NCBI GenBank assembly: GCA_965649825.1
Contig: OZ287699.1
Span: 248,001 to 312,000 of the forward strand
Source: Penicillus capitatus
Taxonomy: Eukaryota; Plantae; Chlorophyta
Direction of reading: 5' to 3'
Length of the DNA: 64,000 nucleotides
Positions 53,916-64,000 of this stretch are shown piece after piece. A program made the translations under genes and the position numbers. Positions within the stretch are counted from its first letter, which is position 1; the number at the start of each line of letters is the position of its first letter. The notes under the pieces were generated by a model. The model had not been told where the DNA came from. It worked only from the letters and a program-made list of their open reading frames with translations, and did not search any database.

Positions 53916-56351
53916 TCAAATCTGGGACTCCGTGATATGCGACGGCGTTAGGGTGGTGGTGTAAGAGGTCACGGGGGTTTCGATCGATGTGTCACCGCGC
54001 TGATCCGTCGTCCCCGGTTCCACCGTCTGTTGCCGTCTTCTGTAGACTAAAACGAATATCGTGCAGGAACCCACGACCACGACGAATGCGATGCTCGTAA
54101 TTGCGATCGCGAGCGCACTCGAGATACCCATGTCATTGACGAGAGGATCCACATCCTCAGCCATTTCCTCCCCTGTCTCCGAATCCTCACTCAGCTCGTT
54201 GCTGGAATCGAGCCCGAGGCAGTCGGGACAGCATTTGATTTCGACGTCTGGCCGCGGTGGGCCAAAGGGACACAGAATCTCATCGTCTACCAAGTCCTTT
54301 GCAGAACTCACCGTTCGTGCTTTGGCCACAGAAGACTCGACATTCACACAGGCATCCAGAGGAGGTACGGCGAAGTAACCATTGGGCTGATCGACTGGGT
54401 TCAGGGCCTCACCACCACAACTTCTCTCCGAATCGTATTCGCAGATGAACGTCAGTTTGTTATCGCACTGTACGTCATCGAGATTGGCCGAAGGTCCACG
54501 GGCGTCCATACAGACACAGTCTTGGACACCTTGATAGCTGTTTGGCTGACCGATGCCCCAGAAAGGCGAATGATTATCGAGATCTGGAGTCGAGCCTTCC
54601 TGCCACGTAAAGGTATCGAAGTTGCGACGAGCCCCGACCCATGTGCCATCCTCCGAAGCCATATTCGAAACGAACTGCAGTTCCTCCCCGCTACCGATGC
54701 TAACGAGTGTCCCCCCGTCCTCTTCGCATCGATTCTTGGCGTCATCCCACTTAACAAGATCTGAAAAACGTTTGTAGTAGGAACGGCCGTTCGTAAAGCA
54801 GGGTGGCGTATCCTTGTCCCTCGAAGAATCGGATTCCACCGGAAAGGGGTCAATGCAGGTGGCTTCGTTTGCAAAGACATTTCTCAGCACTTGTAACTGA
54901 CAAGTATCGTTGATGACAGGTTCACACCGCCCCGTCCGTCCCAGCAGCTCGTCTAGAATATCATCCAGTTCAAATTGAGATTCATCCAATTCAGTAAAGC
55001 GTACATCGTGTCCTGCAACGCCGAGAAAGACCCCTTTGATCGTTCCAGATCCTTGAGAAAAAACAGGTTTCGCCACCGTGATGATTTCACCCAGTCCACT
55101 GTCATCCATATACGGCTCCGTCCATACCGGAGTGCCAGATGTACGGCGAGCCGTCAGAAAGAGGTAAAAGCTTCGCATCGCCGTCAAAGGGTCATCGTCA
55201 TCTTCAATAAAAGACCATGAACCATCGTTGTTACATGCGATTTGTCGAGGAATCGAGTCATCTGCATCTTTGCCCAGAGAGAATGTAAATATAGATGCCC
55301 GACGCGACGTCCTGTTCTCCAGTCTTCTCTGGTATTCTGCGATGCGGGCGTTCATGACAGATGCCTTGATTCCATTTTCTCCCAGAGTCCCTGAAGTATC
55401 TCTACCATCCGTTAAGAAGATGATCACTTTTTCACAGCCGGAACACGTTTTGCGCTCAACGCCACAGGCGTCGGTTAACAGATCAAAGGCCAGTTTAAAA
55501 GCGGGCTCAAAACTCGTCCCGCCGTCCGGATTATGTCCTGCAAGAATTTCTTTGATCTCGGCTTTGTTCTGCTCAATTCCTTGGGCCAATGGATTTTGCT
55601 GCCATAGTCGACGAGCCGAGTCCGAAAAGGTAATGATATTAAAATAGTCGCTCGTGCTGAGCGTATCGACGAGAGCAGAGACGGCAGCTACGGTCATCGT
55701 CCATTTGGAAACGCCTCCTCCGTTTGAAGGATTATCCATCGAGCCCGATTCATCGATCACAAAAACTATATCTTTGGGTCCAGCGCTAGCGGCGATATAC
55801 CATGGCCGTGTCCTGGGATCGTAGCTTCGACAGTCTCCCAGCAACGGCTCTCCGTTCACTGCACGCGTTCGTCCAGAAGCAGGCCATCGTCTGAAATGCC
55901 CGTCTGTTGTACCGAGGTATGTCCAGGCGAGGTCCGGAGGGAAGTCACGAAACAGTGTATCCAGATCTCGGTAAGTACAGATGGATTCCTTAAGCGAAGG
56001 ACTCATCGCTGAAGGATCGGTATCTGGCGGCAGACGCACGATGGTTTGGTTGTAATCAATTAATTGCCCGGAGCAAGACTCTCCACAAAGCTCATCGAGT
56101 CCGCCAAGGACTGTCTCGCACTGTGCCCCCGGGAAGTCGTAGGAACAGGAATGCAGCGAGCATTTGCAGTCCAGTACAGCAGTGCTACGTCTCTGGTAGG
56201 ACAGACTCGCTCTCGCTGCCAGACGACTGACAATTTCTTCCTTCTCTCGAATGACTTCAAGAGCCGAATCTGAGAGACACGTGACAGAAATGATGAAGGT
56301 CAGTGTGCAGGAACACAGGAAAAGGCGACGCGGAGCACTGGACTCGAACAT
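53916..56351 (-). CDS. alpha2delta/CACHD1-like VWA-Cache protein with C-type lectin domain and C-terminal TM (intronless)
   Basis: Signal peptide; WTYLGTTDGHFRRWP...YDPRTRPWYIAASAGPKDIVFVIDESGSM (MIDAS intact); GTPVWTEPYMD; CTLD (WDDAKNRCEEDGGTLVSI...WVG...QPN...DCV...DDVQC...FICE); TM ISSALAIAITSIAFVVVVGSCTIFVLVY-RRR. Confidence 0.9.
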   Translation of the reverse strand: MFESSAPRRLFLCSCTLTFIISVTCLSDSALEVIREKEEIVSRLAARASLSYQRRSTAVLDCKCSLHSCSYDFPGAQCETVLGGLDELCGESCSGQLIDYNQTIVRLPPDTDPSAMSPSLKESICTYRDLDTLFRDFPPDLAWTYLGTTDGHFRRWPASGRTRAVNGEPLLGDCRSYDPRTRPWYIAASAGPKDIVFVIDESGSMDNPSNGGGVSKWTMTVAAVSALVDTLSTSDYFNIITFSDSARRLWQQNPLAQGIEQNKAEIKEILAGHNPDGGTSFEPAFKLAFDLLTDACGVERKTCSGCEKVIIFLTDGRDTSGTLGENGIKASVMNARIAEYQRRLENRTSRRASIFTFSLGKDADDSIPRQIACNNDGSWSFIEDDDDPLTAMRSFYLFLTARRTSGTPVWTEPYMDDSGLGEIITVAKPVFSQGSGTIKGVFLGVAGHDVRFTELDESQFELDDILDELLGRTGRCEPVINDTCQLQVLRNVFANEATCIDPFPVESDSSRDKDTPPCFTNGRSYYKRFSDLVKWDDAKNRCEEDGGTLVSIGSGEELQFVSNMASEDGTWVGARRNFDTFTWQEGSTPDLDNHSPFWGIGQPNSYQGVQDCVCMDARGPSANLDDVQCDNKLTFICEYDSERSCGGEALNPVDQPNGYFAVPPLDACVNVESSVAKARTVSSAKDLVDDEILCPFGPPRPDVEIKCCPDCLGLDSSNELSEDSETGEEMAEDVDPLVNDMGISSALAIAITSIAFVVVVGSCTIFVLVYRRRQQTVEPGTTDQRGDTSIETPVTSYTTTLTPSHITESQI

Positions 56352-56682
56352 ATCAAGACAAGAGATGGGAGACGTTTGAACAGTAGAACGAGCGTAACTG
56401 GTTTGGCGCTGAAGCTAACCGTCCAGTGACCACGTTCGCGTCGTAGCCTCTGTCCGCGGATATTTCCGGACGGCATAAAACTAACGGTTCATAAGTCTGT
56501 TCAATAGATAGGAGGATGGCGAATGCGTTGCGACGTGGGCCGTCACAATCAGTCCTCAGTCAAGCACGAAGCCGACAAAAGTCTATCCTGTCACATACGG
56601 CAGCAGATGCCACATTGCTCGACACAGCGACGACTGACAGCTTTAGGATGCAATCCACCACACACAGCAACGGAGGCTTCTC

Positions 56683-58905
56683 TTATGGATCTCCAGAATC
56701 CTCCTCCTCTAGAGACTTTCCTTTGCAGCGTTGACAACATAGACTGCGCAGATCTCGTGGTCCGTTATCAAGCGAACACCATAACTGCGATGAAGAGGCA
56801 ACAGATACGCTGGACATCGTGCTGGCATCGAACAATGCTTCTTCCTCTCGCTGGCATGCATTCAAGAGAGGAATCGTAAAGTAACCGCGTTTGGGAATCG
56901 GAATCGTTTTGGAACAGTGGTCTTGCGATTGGTAGGCGCAGATGTAAGAGAGCTCTCTCCGACAGGGAACGGCTTCGAGATTTCCGACGGCTCCTCGATT
57001 GTCGATCCGTACACAGGCGTCGCCGACACCGATGGCCTTGTCTTGTATATCGAACTCAACGGGATCACGTTTCGGAGCCGCCGACCAACGAAAGCGCTGA
57101 TTCTTGCTCGTCCTTCGGCCGCCGATCCACGTACCGTCGGCCGATGCCATACCGGCCAAAAACTCGAGATCCTCTGCCGAGTGTCCAGACACCAGCACGC
57201 CGCTATCGTTCCGACAACTGCTTGCCGCTTCGTTCCACGTCACACGTGTGCGGAACATCTTGTAGTATATCCCCTCGCGTTTCAGACAGGCCGGCGTCTC
57301 CTCTTCCTTCGCCTTCCGCACCCTGTGCCTCTTGCCTTTTCTCGATCCCGAACGCCTGTCGCTCTTTGACGGGATAGGCGGCGGCGTGTCCACGCAGATC
57401 GATCCCTGGGCAAAAACATTGCGATACACCTGTAGCTGACAGGCATTGACGTCGATGATGTCGTGTTTGCGCGATCGTTTCACGAGCTCTTCTTCGATGT
57501 CCACTCGCGTCAAGTTCTCCACCATCAAGTCCCGAAGCCGGACGTCGTGGCTCACAACGCCGAGCAGCAATGGATTCTGTCCATTGTTCGGAAGAAAATG
57601 AAATGATTTGGCCACCGTCGTTATTCTGCCCGCTCCGTACGGATCCATTCTGAAATTTGTCCAGATGGGAAACGAAGCGGCAAAGGTCGAGGCCATAAAA
57701 ACGTTATAGGCATTCAGTATCTGAAAGGCGTCGTCGTCGGGACCAACTGAAAACCAAGCGCCGCCATTTGCGCAGGAAATTTGTTTCAGCAATGCATCGT
57801 CGACATCGTCACCGATCGAGAAGGTGAAGATTCTGGCACGGACGCCCGAAGCATCTTCCAACGCATCTTGCAGCTGCTCCACCTTGCGGAGAAATTCTTC
57901 GTGCTCTATCGGTCGTCCATTGCGACCGCGATGATTTGAACTGCCCGTCACAACGACGAGGATTTTCTGTCCACGATGCGACGCATCCCGCTTGCCCCCT
58001 TTCCCCCGATTCGCCTCCAGCAATAATTTGAATCCCAGTTTGATCCCTTCCCGTACATTACTCTGCCCGTGAGGATGCAGACTTTGAATAGAGCTCTTGA
58101 GGAGATACAGATGACGTGCGGTTCCCGGAAAAAGTCCTTGTCCCGTTCCCCGACGCCGTGCCTTATCCGAGTAGGCAACCAGATTCACGCGGTCCATCGA
58201 AGAGAGCGTATCCAGCAACGACTGAACGGCTTCGCTGATGGACGCCAGTCGACTCCGGCGACTTTTCACGCTCCATGGCTTCGCCATATCTTTCGACGTG
58301 TCCACAACGAAGATCACATCTTTGGGCCCGACACTGGCGCCGACATAATCGGCCGTGTTCCGTGGGTCCGTGTCTGGACAGGACGCTCGCTCTTCTTCTG
58401 TGAGGGACAATCGCATCGGTCGGCTTGGATAGATGCGACTGTGACCGTCCTTGGTGGAAATGCGTGTCGTGGTGTTCGCTTCGGGGTCCAGTTGCATCAG
58501 TACCGGTTCCAGATTTCGGTAGAGACACACGCTTTCTTTCATTTCGTGTCCCACAGCATCGAGGTCGATTCCGGACGGTGTGCTCACAAACGTAATGGCA
58601 CCGCCATTTTGAGTCGCCGCACATTTTGCCTTGCCACAGACGGCTAGGGAATCACGGTAAACGAGGTCGCAGGCGTTTTGGCTGAATTCCATGTCACAGA
58701 TGTGCACAGAGCAGTCGCAGGGCTGAGAATCTCTCCCTCGCCGTTTAAATAGAGACGCTGCTTCTTCGGCGAGTTCATAGACCAGTCGTTCCTTTGCTTC
58801 TATGATCTGCAATGCGGATTTTGGAAATCGTGTCACAGCCAAACAACACGAATGGAGAAGGAGGATGGCCACGAGAACAACCATGCGTAGATAGAGAGCA
58901 ACCAT
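56683..58905 (-). CDS. Tandem paralog: secreted VWA-Cache/C-type lectin protein, degenerate MIDAS, no TM (intronless)
   Basis: Signal MVALYLRMVVLVAILLLHSCCLA; GPKDVIFVVDTSKD; FPIWTNFRMD; CTLD WNEAASSCRNDSGVLVS...WIG...CVRID...VPCRRELSYIC; ends CCQRCKGKSLEEEDSGDP*. Confidence 0.88.
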   Translation of the reverse strand: MVALYLRMVVLVAILLLHSCCLAVTRFPKSALQIIEAKERLVYELAEEAASLFKRRGRDSQPCDCSVHICDMEFSQNACDLVYRDSLAVCGKAKCAATQNGGAITFVSTPSGIDLDAVGHEMKESVCLYRNLEPVLMQLDPEANTTTRISTKDGHSRIYPSRPMRLSLTEEERASCPDTDPRNTADYVGASVGPKDVIFVVDTSKDMAKPWSVKSRRSRLASISEAVQSLLDTLSSMDRVNLVAYSDKARRRGTGQGLFPGTARHLYLLKSSIQSLHPHGQSNVREGIKLGFKLLLEANRGKGGKRDASHRGQKILVVVTGSSNHRGRNGRPIEHEEFLRKVEQLQDALEDASGVRARIFTFSIGDDVDDALLKQISCANGGAWFSVGPDDDAFQILNAYNVFMASTFAASFPIWTNFRMDPYGAGRITTVAKSFHFLPNNGQNPLLLGVVSHDVRLRDLMVENLTRVDIEEELVKRSRKHDIIDVNACQLQVYRNVFAQGSICVDTPPPIPSKSDRRSGSRKGKRHRVRKAKEEETPACLKREGIYYKMFRTRVTWNEAASSCRNDSGVLVSGHSAEDLEFLAGMASADGTWIGGRRTSKNQRFRWSAAPKRDPVEFDIQDKAIGVGDACVRIDNRGAVGNLEAVPCRRELSYICAYQSQDHCSKTIPIPKRGYFTIPLLNACQREEEALFDASTMSSVSVASSSQLWCSLDNGPRDLRSLCCQRCKGKSLEEEDSGDP

Positions 58906-59249
58906 ATTTCGACCTCGGAATGTTGCTAGAAAAGATAAACGGGCGAACTGCTCGGCGACAGATAGGCGACGCGTGCATGGAGAGGTTCGAAAGTGGGTCG
59001 AGCAATAATTTATGTCCATTCAACTGAACGCAGCCATCCAACGGGTAACGCATTGTTTGCCATTGTCTATCACGTACGAACCGTCGGCGAATGCACCGAT
59101 CGTCTGGCCTCGGAGATTCCGCACGCCTCATCGTCAGATCCTCCGGAACAGGCGTGTGCATCCATAGACCGCGACGCGGCACGGCGGTGACGTCAAAGTC
59201 CGCGACGCTGACGAGGATTAACGGCTGGTCCGACGAACATATCTGAAGG

Positions 59250-61046
59250 ATGCATGACAAAACGCAACGACGTATCAAAGCGATCTCGACACAGCTCGGC
59301 GTCGCGTCGACTGCTGGACGGACGAGTCTGTTGCGCGTGTCTTTGCTGACAGGTCCGAGGTGGCGTCTGGCATAGGTCATGTGGAGAACGAGCTGCATCG
59401 ACGGTTTCCTCAGGCGGAGAATGCTCGCACCTTTCCTGAAGCGGCGCACGACGCTCTGCAGTTCAAGGAGCTGCTCTCCCTTGAAGAACTGCGCCTTCGT
59501 CATGTCGTACGACACTTCATGGTGTCCTCCCTGCTCCGGCTCCCTGGATCTGAACTGGAAGTGGTTTAGGAGACGAAAGTGGCACCGGTCATTGCGGATT
59601 ATTGGGAACGCGCCGAGTTTCCGCATCATCTGGCCTCGAATTTTGCAAAGCTCGGCGTTGCGGGGCTGAGTTGCCACACCGAGACAAACACCAAAGTCCG
59701 CCGACACACCATCACACACATTTCACCAGCTGTGTGGTCTCTTAGAAGCTAAATCTGATGGCCGCCGGATTGGTGTGCGCAGAGATCGCTCGTGTGGACT
59801 GCAGCCTCTCGACGTTTCTCCTTGTACATGCCGCCTTAGCCATGATCACCATCGAGATGCTGGTCCGCTGACGCCTTGATGCCAAGTGCCGCGCACAGCT
59901 GTTTTCAGGGTTCCATTGAGCAGAAGCTTGAGTTATTGCCAAAGATGGCAGCGCTGGAGTACGTTGGCTGCTGGGCACTGACAGAACCAAACTACGGCAG
60001 CGATGCTGCGTCCCTCGCAACGACTGCCGAGAAAGCAAACAGCCTTCTCTCCCAAAACGCCACGAACGAGATGTGTTAGGTGGATGGAGGATACGTCATC
60101 AACGGGCAGAAGAGGTGGATCGGAAACGGAACCTTCGCCGATGTCCTGATCGTCTGGGCACGGAACGGAGAGACCAATGAGGTGTCGTCAGGAAAGACAG
60201 GGAAACGAGATTGATGCCTCCGTCTCTAGGTGAATGCATTTATCGTGAGGAAAGGACAGAAAGGTCTCATGACGACCAAGATTCAGAACAAGACTGCCTT
60301 GCGCTGCGTTCAGAACGCCGATATCGATCTCCGTGACGTTTTCGTTCCGGACAGCGACCGTCTGCCGGGAGTCCAGTCGTTTAGAGATACCAACAAAGTC
60401 TGGCTGTCCCATCACGAGCTTCCTGTCCAGATGGCGTCGTTTCTAGGTTTTGGCCGTTTCGAGGATTATGGTGGCATGGCAGCCGGTGGGTATCTGCTGG
60501 GGTATGTATGCTAACCGTCCATCTCTAGATGCCTCAGCTGTACGGCAGGTGTGTTCGATATGTGTGTGCGTTACACAAAACAGAGACGGCAATTCGGTGC
60601 TCCTCTCGGCGGATTCCAGCTCGTTCAGGAACGCCTGGCCAGAATGTCGGCCAACATCCAAGTCCCATCGACGTCTGCCTAAACCTCAAAACAGCATTGC
60701 TTGGATTTCTAGGCGATGACATTGATGGTATGGCGATTGACCAAGCTTCAGGAAGAGGGATCCATGACACACGGTCTGTCCAGCAGCATCAAGGCATGGG
60801 CGACGCTTCGTGGACGCGAGACCGTTGCGCTTGGACGCGAGATCCTCGGAGGCAACGGCGTCACCACCGATTTCCATGTCGCCAAGGCATTCTGCGACAT
60901 GGAAGCCGTCTACAGCTACGAAGGTATCCATCTCCCCTGTCTGTCACCCAATACAGTAAACGCATCTAACAGGAACATACGATGTCAATGCTCTGGTGAG
61001 CGGCCGGGAGATCACCGGCGTCTCAGCAATCAAGCCACGACAGTAA
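59250..61046 (+). CDS. ACX4: Peroxisomal short-chain acyl-CoA oxidase ACX4-like (acyl-CoA dehydrogenase fold)
   Basis: [15 protein letters not shown]; [14 protein letters not shown]; [15 protein letters not shown]; [16 protein letters not shown]; [11 protein letters not shown]; [15 protein letters not shown]; EAVYSYEG. N-terminal RIKAISTQL. Confidence 0.92.
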
Positions 61047-61418
61047 ATGATGAGTGATAAACTGTCCTGCAGTTACAACGTGTGTTTGCTGGTTCATCCC
61101 TAGTGCATCGAACCACGGTCGATCCTTCCACTGTACAGACATACAGCCAGACGACGATTAATGATACAAACGGTTGTCTCTAAGCAACCTGTTTGCACAC
61201 AGCGAAACAATATCAAATGCCCCTCCGCCCCGAACGACTTCTCATTGTTCATCAGCAGATCGATAAAAATGTCAAAACTAAGATTCCGTTAACGAAGTAC
61301 CGTCGAGAACAGGGGCGTCCAGAAATCACCCTCAAACCCAGCAGAGCTGTGCGGGTTTATCAAGGTCATGAAAACGGACGGACACACTATGAGGTGATCG
61401 GCGAGGAACAGAGCGCGA

Positions 61419-62217
61419 TCATCGACACCAGAAGACGTGGTTATAGATCCAGGCCAGGCATCCACGACGTTTCATTGGATAGACTCCCTGCGAGAAAACC
61501 GTTGAGTGCGATGGAGAGAGGGGCTGGCTGGCGTACAGCTTCTTTTTGTTTTGCTTGGCTACGATGGCCATTTCGTTTTCGTTTATTCGCGATCTCGGAA
61601 CAGAGTTTCTCAAAAGCTTCGTCGACATTGACCGGCGTCAGCGCTGAGGTTTCGATGTAAGTGAGTTTCTCTTTCGTGCAGAACCGATTGATCTCATCCA
61701 TCATGACTTTTCGCTTCAGGTGAAGGTCGTTTTTATTTCCGACAAGGACGGCAGTGAATTTCTTGCCTTCGTTGAGATCTCTCAAGTCTTCCAGCCACGA
61801 GCTCGCCCTTTTCAGAGTCTCTAGAGAGCACAGCACGCGCATCGTCGGGCGTTGCGATGACATGTCTGCCGTTACCGGGGCGTGTTAGATCGAATGCTAC
61901 GATAGCGCCATCGACTCCTGTACAATACCTTCGCGTAATCGCACGAAAACGCTCCTGTCCTGCCGTGTCCCATATGTGTGCTCGAATAACGCCATCCTCC
62001 ACCTTGGAGAGCAAAGAAACGTCGTCTCGATGTTGGATGGACGGAGATGGTCTGCCTCCATATATTTAATGGCGAAATCAACGCCAATGGTGGGCTTAGG
62101 TATGGCATGAAACCCAGTGCTCGTGAACACACGTGTGAGATTAGATTTCCCGACTCCGGCATCTCCCACAATGATAAGTTTGAATAGGTGATCGTAACTG
62201 CAGGGAAACAAAGACAT
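61419..62217 (-). CDS. Divergent Rab11/RabA-like small GTPase
   Basis: YDHLFKLIIVGDAGVGKSNL; PTIGVDF; IWDTAGQERFRAIT; LVGNKND; ETSAL. A 49-nt GT-AG intron near the 3' end gives the tail GVYPMKRRGCLAWIYNHVFWCR*. Confidence 0.85.
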
Positions 62218-62985
62218 GGATATTGGAGAGGGCATGAGCTTCGGAGAACGCTGCGAGACAGAGAGCATGAAGAGAAAGGAGAGGCATGGGTCGCGTGGTG
62301 GACCGTTTCGCGTTCGCTCTCGGTCAGAAGACGTCAAGCGAAGGGCGGCGCCGGCGCGTCACGTACTCTTCTTCAGGTTCGACTCTCATGTCGTCTGAGA
62401 ATGAATAGGAAGCTCCTGAAATGGACCTTCAGCGACAAAACAACAGCACCCTGCCACGGCGACGGTTAAAGCTGTTGGGCGTTTTGTGCGGTAGCAGATG
62501 ATTTGATCCGTTTGATCCCATTTCGACTTATACGCGCGTGCTGGTCGTTCATCGACACTCGCGTATATCTACGGACGGGAGTGCGTTTACAAGAATAAGA
62601 CACGTTTTCATCGGAGCATTTCAAGCTCTGCTCTGCAACTGCAACGACGAATCTGTCATCTTCCAGAGCTGCTATTGGTACGATGTGTCTCTCCCGCGTA
62701 CGGGCCCATGCAGTGGCGCCTTGGCGAGAACGTATTGCCCCGGCGGTCACTGCAGGCCGCGCGTCGCCGGTTGCGTTTTGGCGAAAGCGCGAGTTACGCT
62801 GTGCATTGCGTTTTGCCTCTTCGCTTTGGCGTTCGGAGACAAAACCGTGTCAGCAAAACGCCTCGTGAATCATTGGCTGTGGGCATGGTCTTACCGTCCG
62901 TTGTGTTTTGCACGACGCATCGCTGAGGCCAATTCTGACGCGGACGGAATCGACAAGTGTTGTCTGTCTCTAGACGTGCGCCAAC

Positions 62986-64000
62986 ATGAAAGGCACAGCG
63001 AACCGCACAACGCGGCTCAAGAAGAAGGAGGGAGAAGAGACAACGGACAATAAAAGCAAGACGTCCATTTCTTTGATGCATCTGATTTTGCTGTGTGTTT
63101 GGACAGCCACAAAACCAAAGACATCCGCCACAAGGTACCCGAGTGCTCCCATACCATCCGCCAATCCTCCGGAATTCGATGCCCAGGTCAACATTGGGAC
63201 GCAGCAAGACGGATGTGGGCACAAAAAAGGGGAAGCCATCGAAAGTGGCTGGGGTTTCGAGCACAGATTACGAGAATTTACCGTCATACATGCGGCCAAC
63301 GCAATCCAGCATACGAAACAAGACCACTGGCAGTTTGTAAGTCGTCTTCGATCAGCAGAGCCACGTGTGATGCGTTTGGGGGATGGTCGGATGTAGAGAG
63401 GCTGATGACAAAGAGAAGGGAAAGAGAAAAACGACGACAAAGATCCCTACAAAGCCGGTGGCTTCTAAGGCGAAACCGGCAAAGAGTCATTTGTCCACGA
63501 CGACAACAACAACGACACGTCACAAGAAACCAAAAGAGGCGCCAAAATCGCCGGAGGTTGATAGAAGCCCAGCGCCTTCTGTCGGAACACCGACGCCGAA
63601 GGAAATCAGTACAGACAAAGGTACGGGGGATAGAAACGTGCGTATCTCGTCCTGACCCGTGGGACATGGTGTGTTCAGGTCCGGATGCTTCGGCGGCTGT
63701 CGGTCTGGCCCCAGCGACGCCACAGACGCCTGGTCAAGATCCAGTGCCACACATTTCAGACAACGATAGCACAGGTGGTCTGATGGAGACTGTTGATGAA
63801 AACCCTAATGATACGTGCAACGTGAAGCAATGGATGTTGTTTTCAGAGGCAACACGGGACACACAAGACTTATCATCGCATCTAAGATCGGACGGAGATG
63901 AAGGAACAGTCGAAATCCACGACGATGAGCAAGTGCGTCGGAGGGCCGGATCGTATCGAGCACGATCGCACCTGTGTTCTTCCAGGGCGACGAGTTTGGT
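62986..64000 (+). CDS. Lys/Thr/Pro-rich low-complexity protein (partial; exon structure uncertain)
   Basis: Exon-like open segments ...DYENLPSYMRPTQSSIRNKTTGSL| and EADDKEKGKRKTTTKIPTKPVASKAKP...TPTPKEISTDK| are bounded by GT/AG. Confidence 0.45.

Noticed and set aside
62466-63053. Cys-rich 171-aa plus-strand ORF and overlapping minus-strand ORFs
   Set aside because: The plus ORF has a non-ATG start, and no family signature or coherent splice model was found on either strand.

Overview
Gene-dense eukaryotic nuclear DNA from a green alga. Evidence: plant-type ubiquitin, plastid-type NAD-MDH, PEX22 and DUF1279. TAA and TAG act as stops, so the code is standard; a Bryopsidales/Ulvophyceae origin is my inference only. 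About 27 protein-coding genes are reconstructed by eye. Most are split by very short (about 45-60 nt) GT-AG introns, so the ORF track fragments them. Housekeeping genes: RAD51D, PEX22, RRP42, RPL29, RAE1, TFIP11, polyubiquitin, MDH, FPPS, CCA enzyme, PRP43, eEF1Bgamma and ACX4. Accessory content: an NB-ARC/TPR NLR-like gene with an endosymbiont-effector-like N-terminal block and one in-frame TGA; a 36-aa-repeat RING protein; a dead trypsin homolog; a pseudokinase; a U-box-ankyrin E3; a tandem pair of alpha2delta-like VWA/C-type-lectin genes; and an atypical Rab. Non-coding highlights: two unusually long PRP43 introns carry polycistronic C/D snoRNA candidates, and the 9-mer TGATGTGAC occurs at least 26 times (about 0.5 expected under a uniform model). 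No rRNA, tRNA, CRISPR array or intact transposon was seen. Exon boundaries were read manually and need RNA-seq confirmation.
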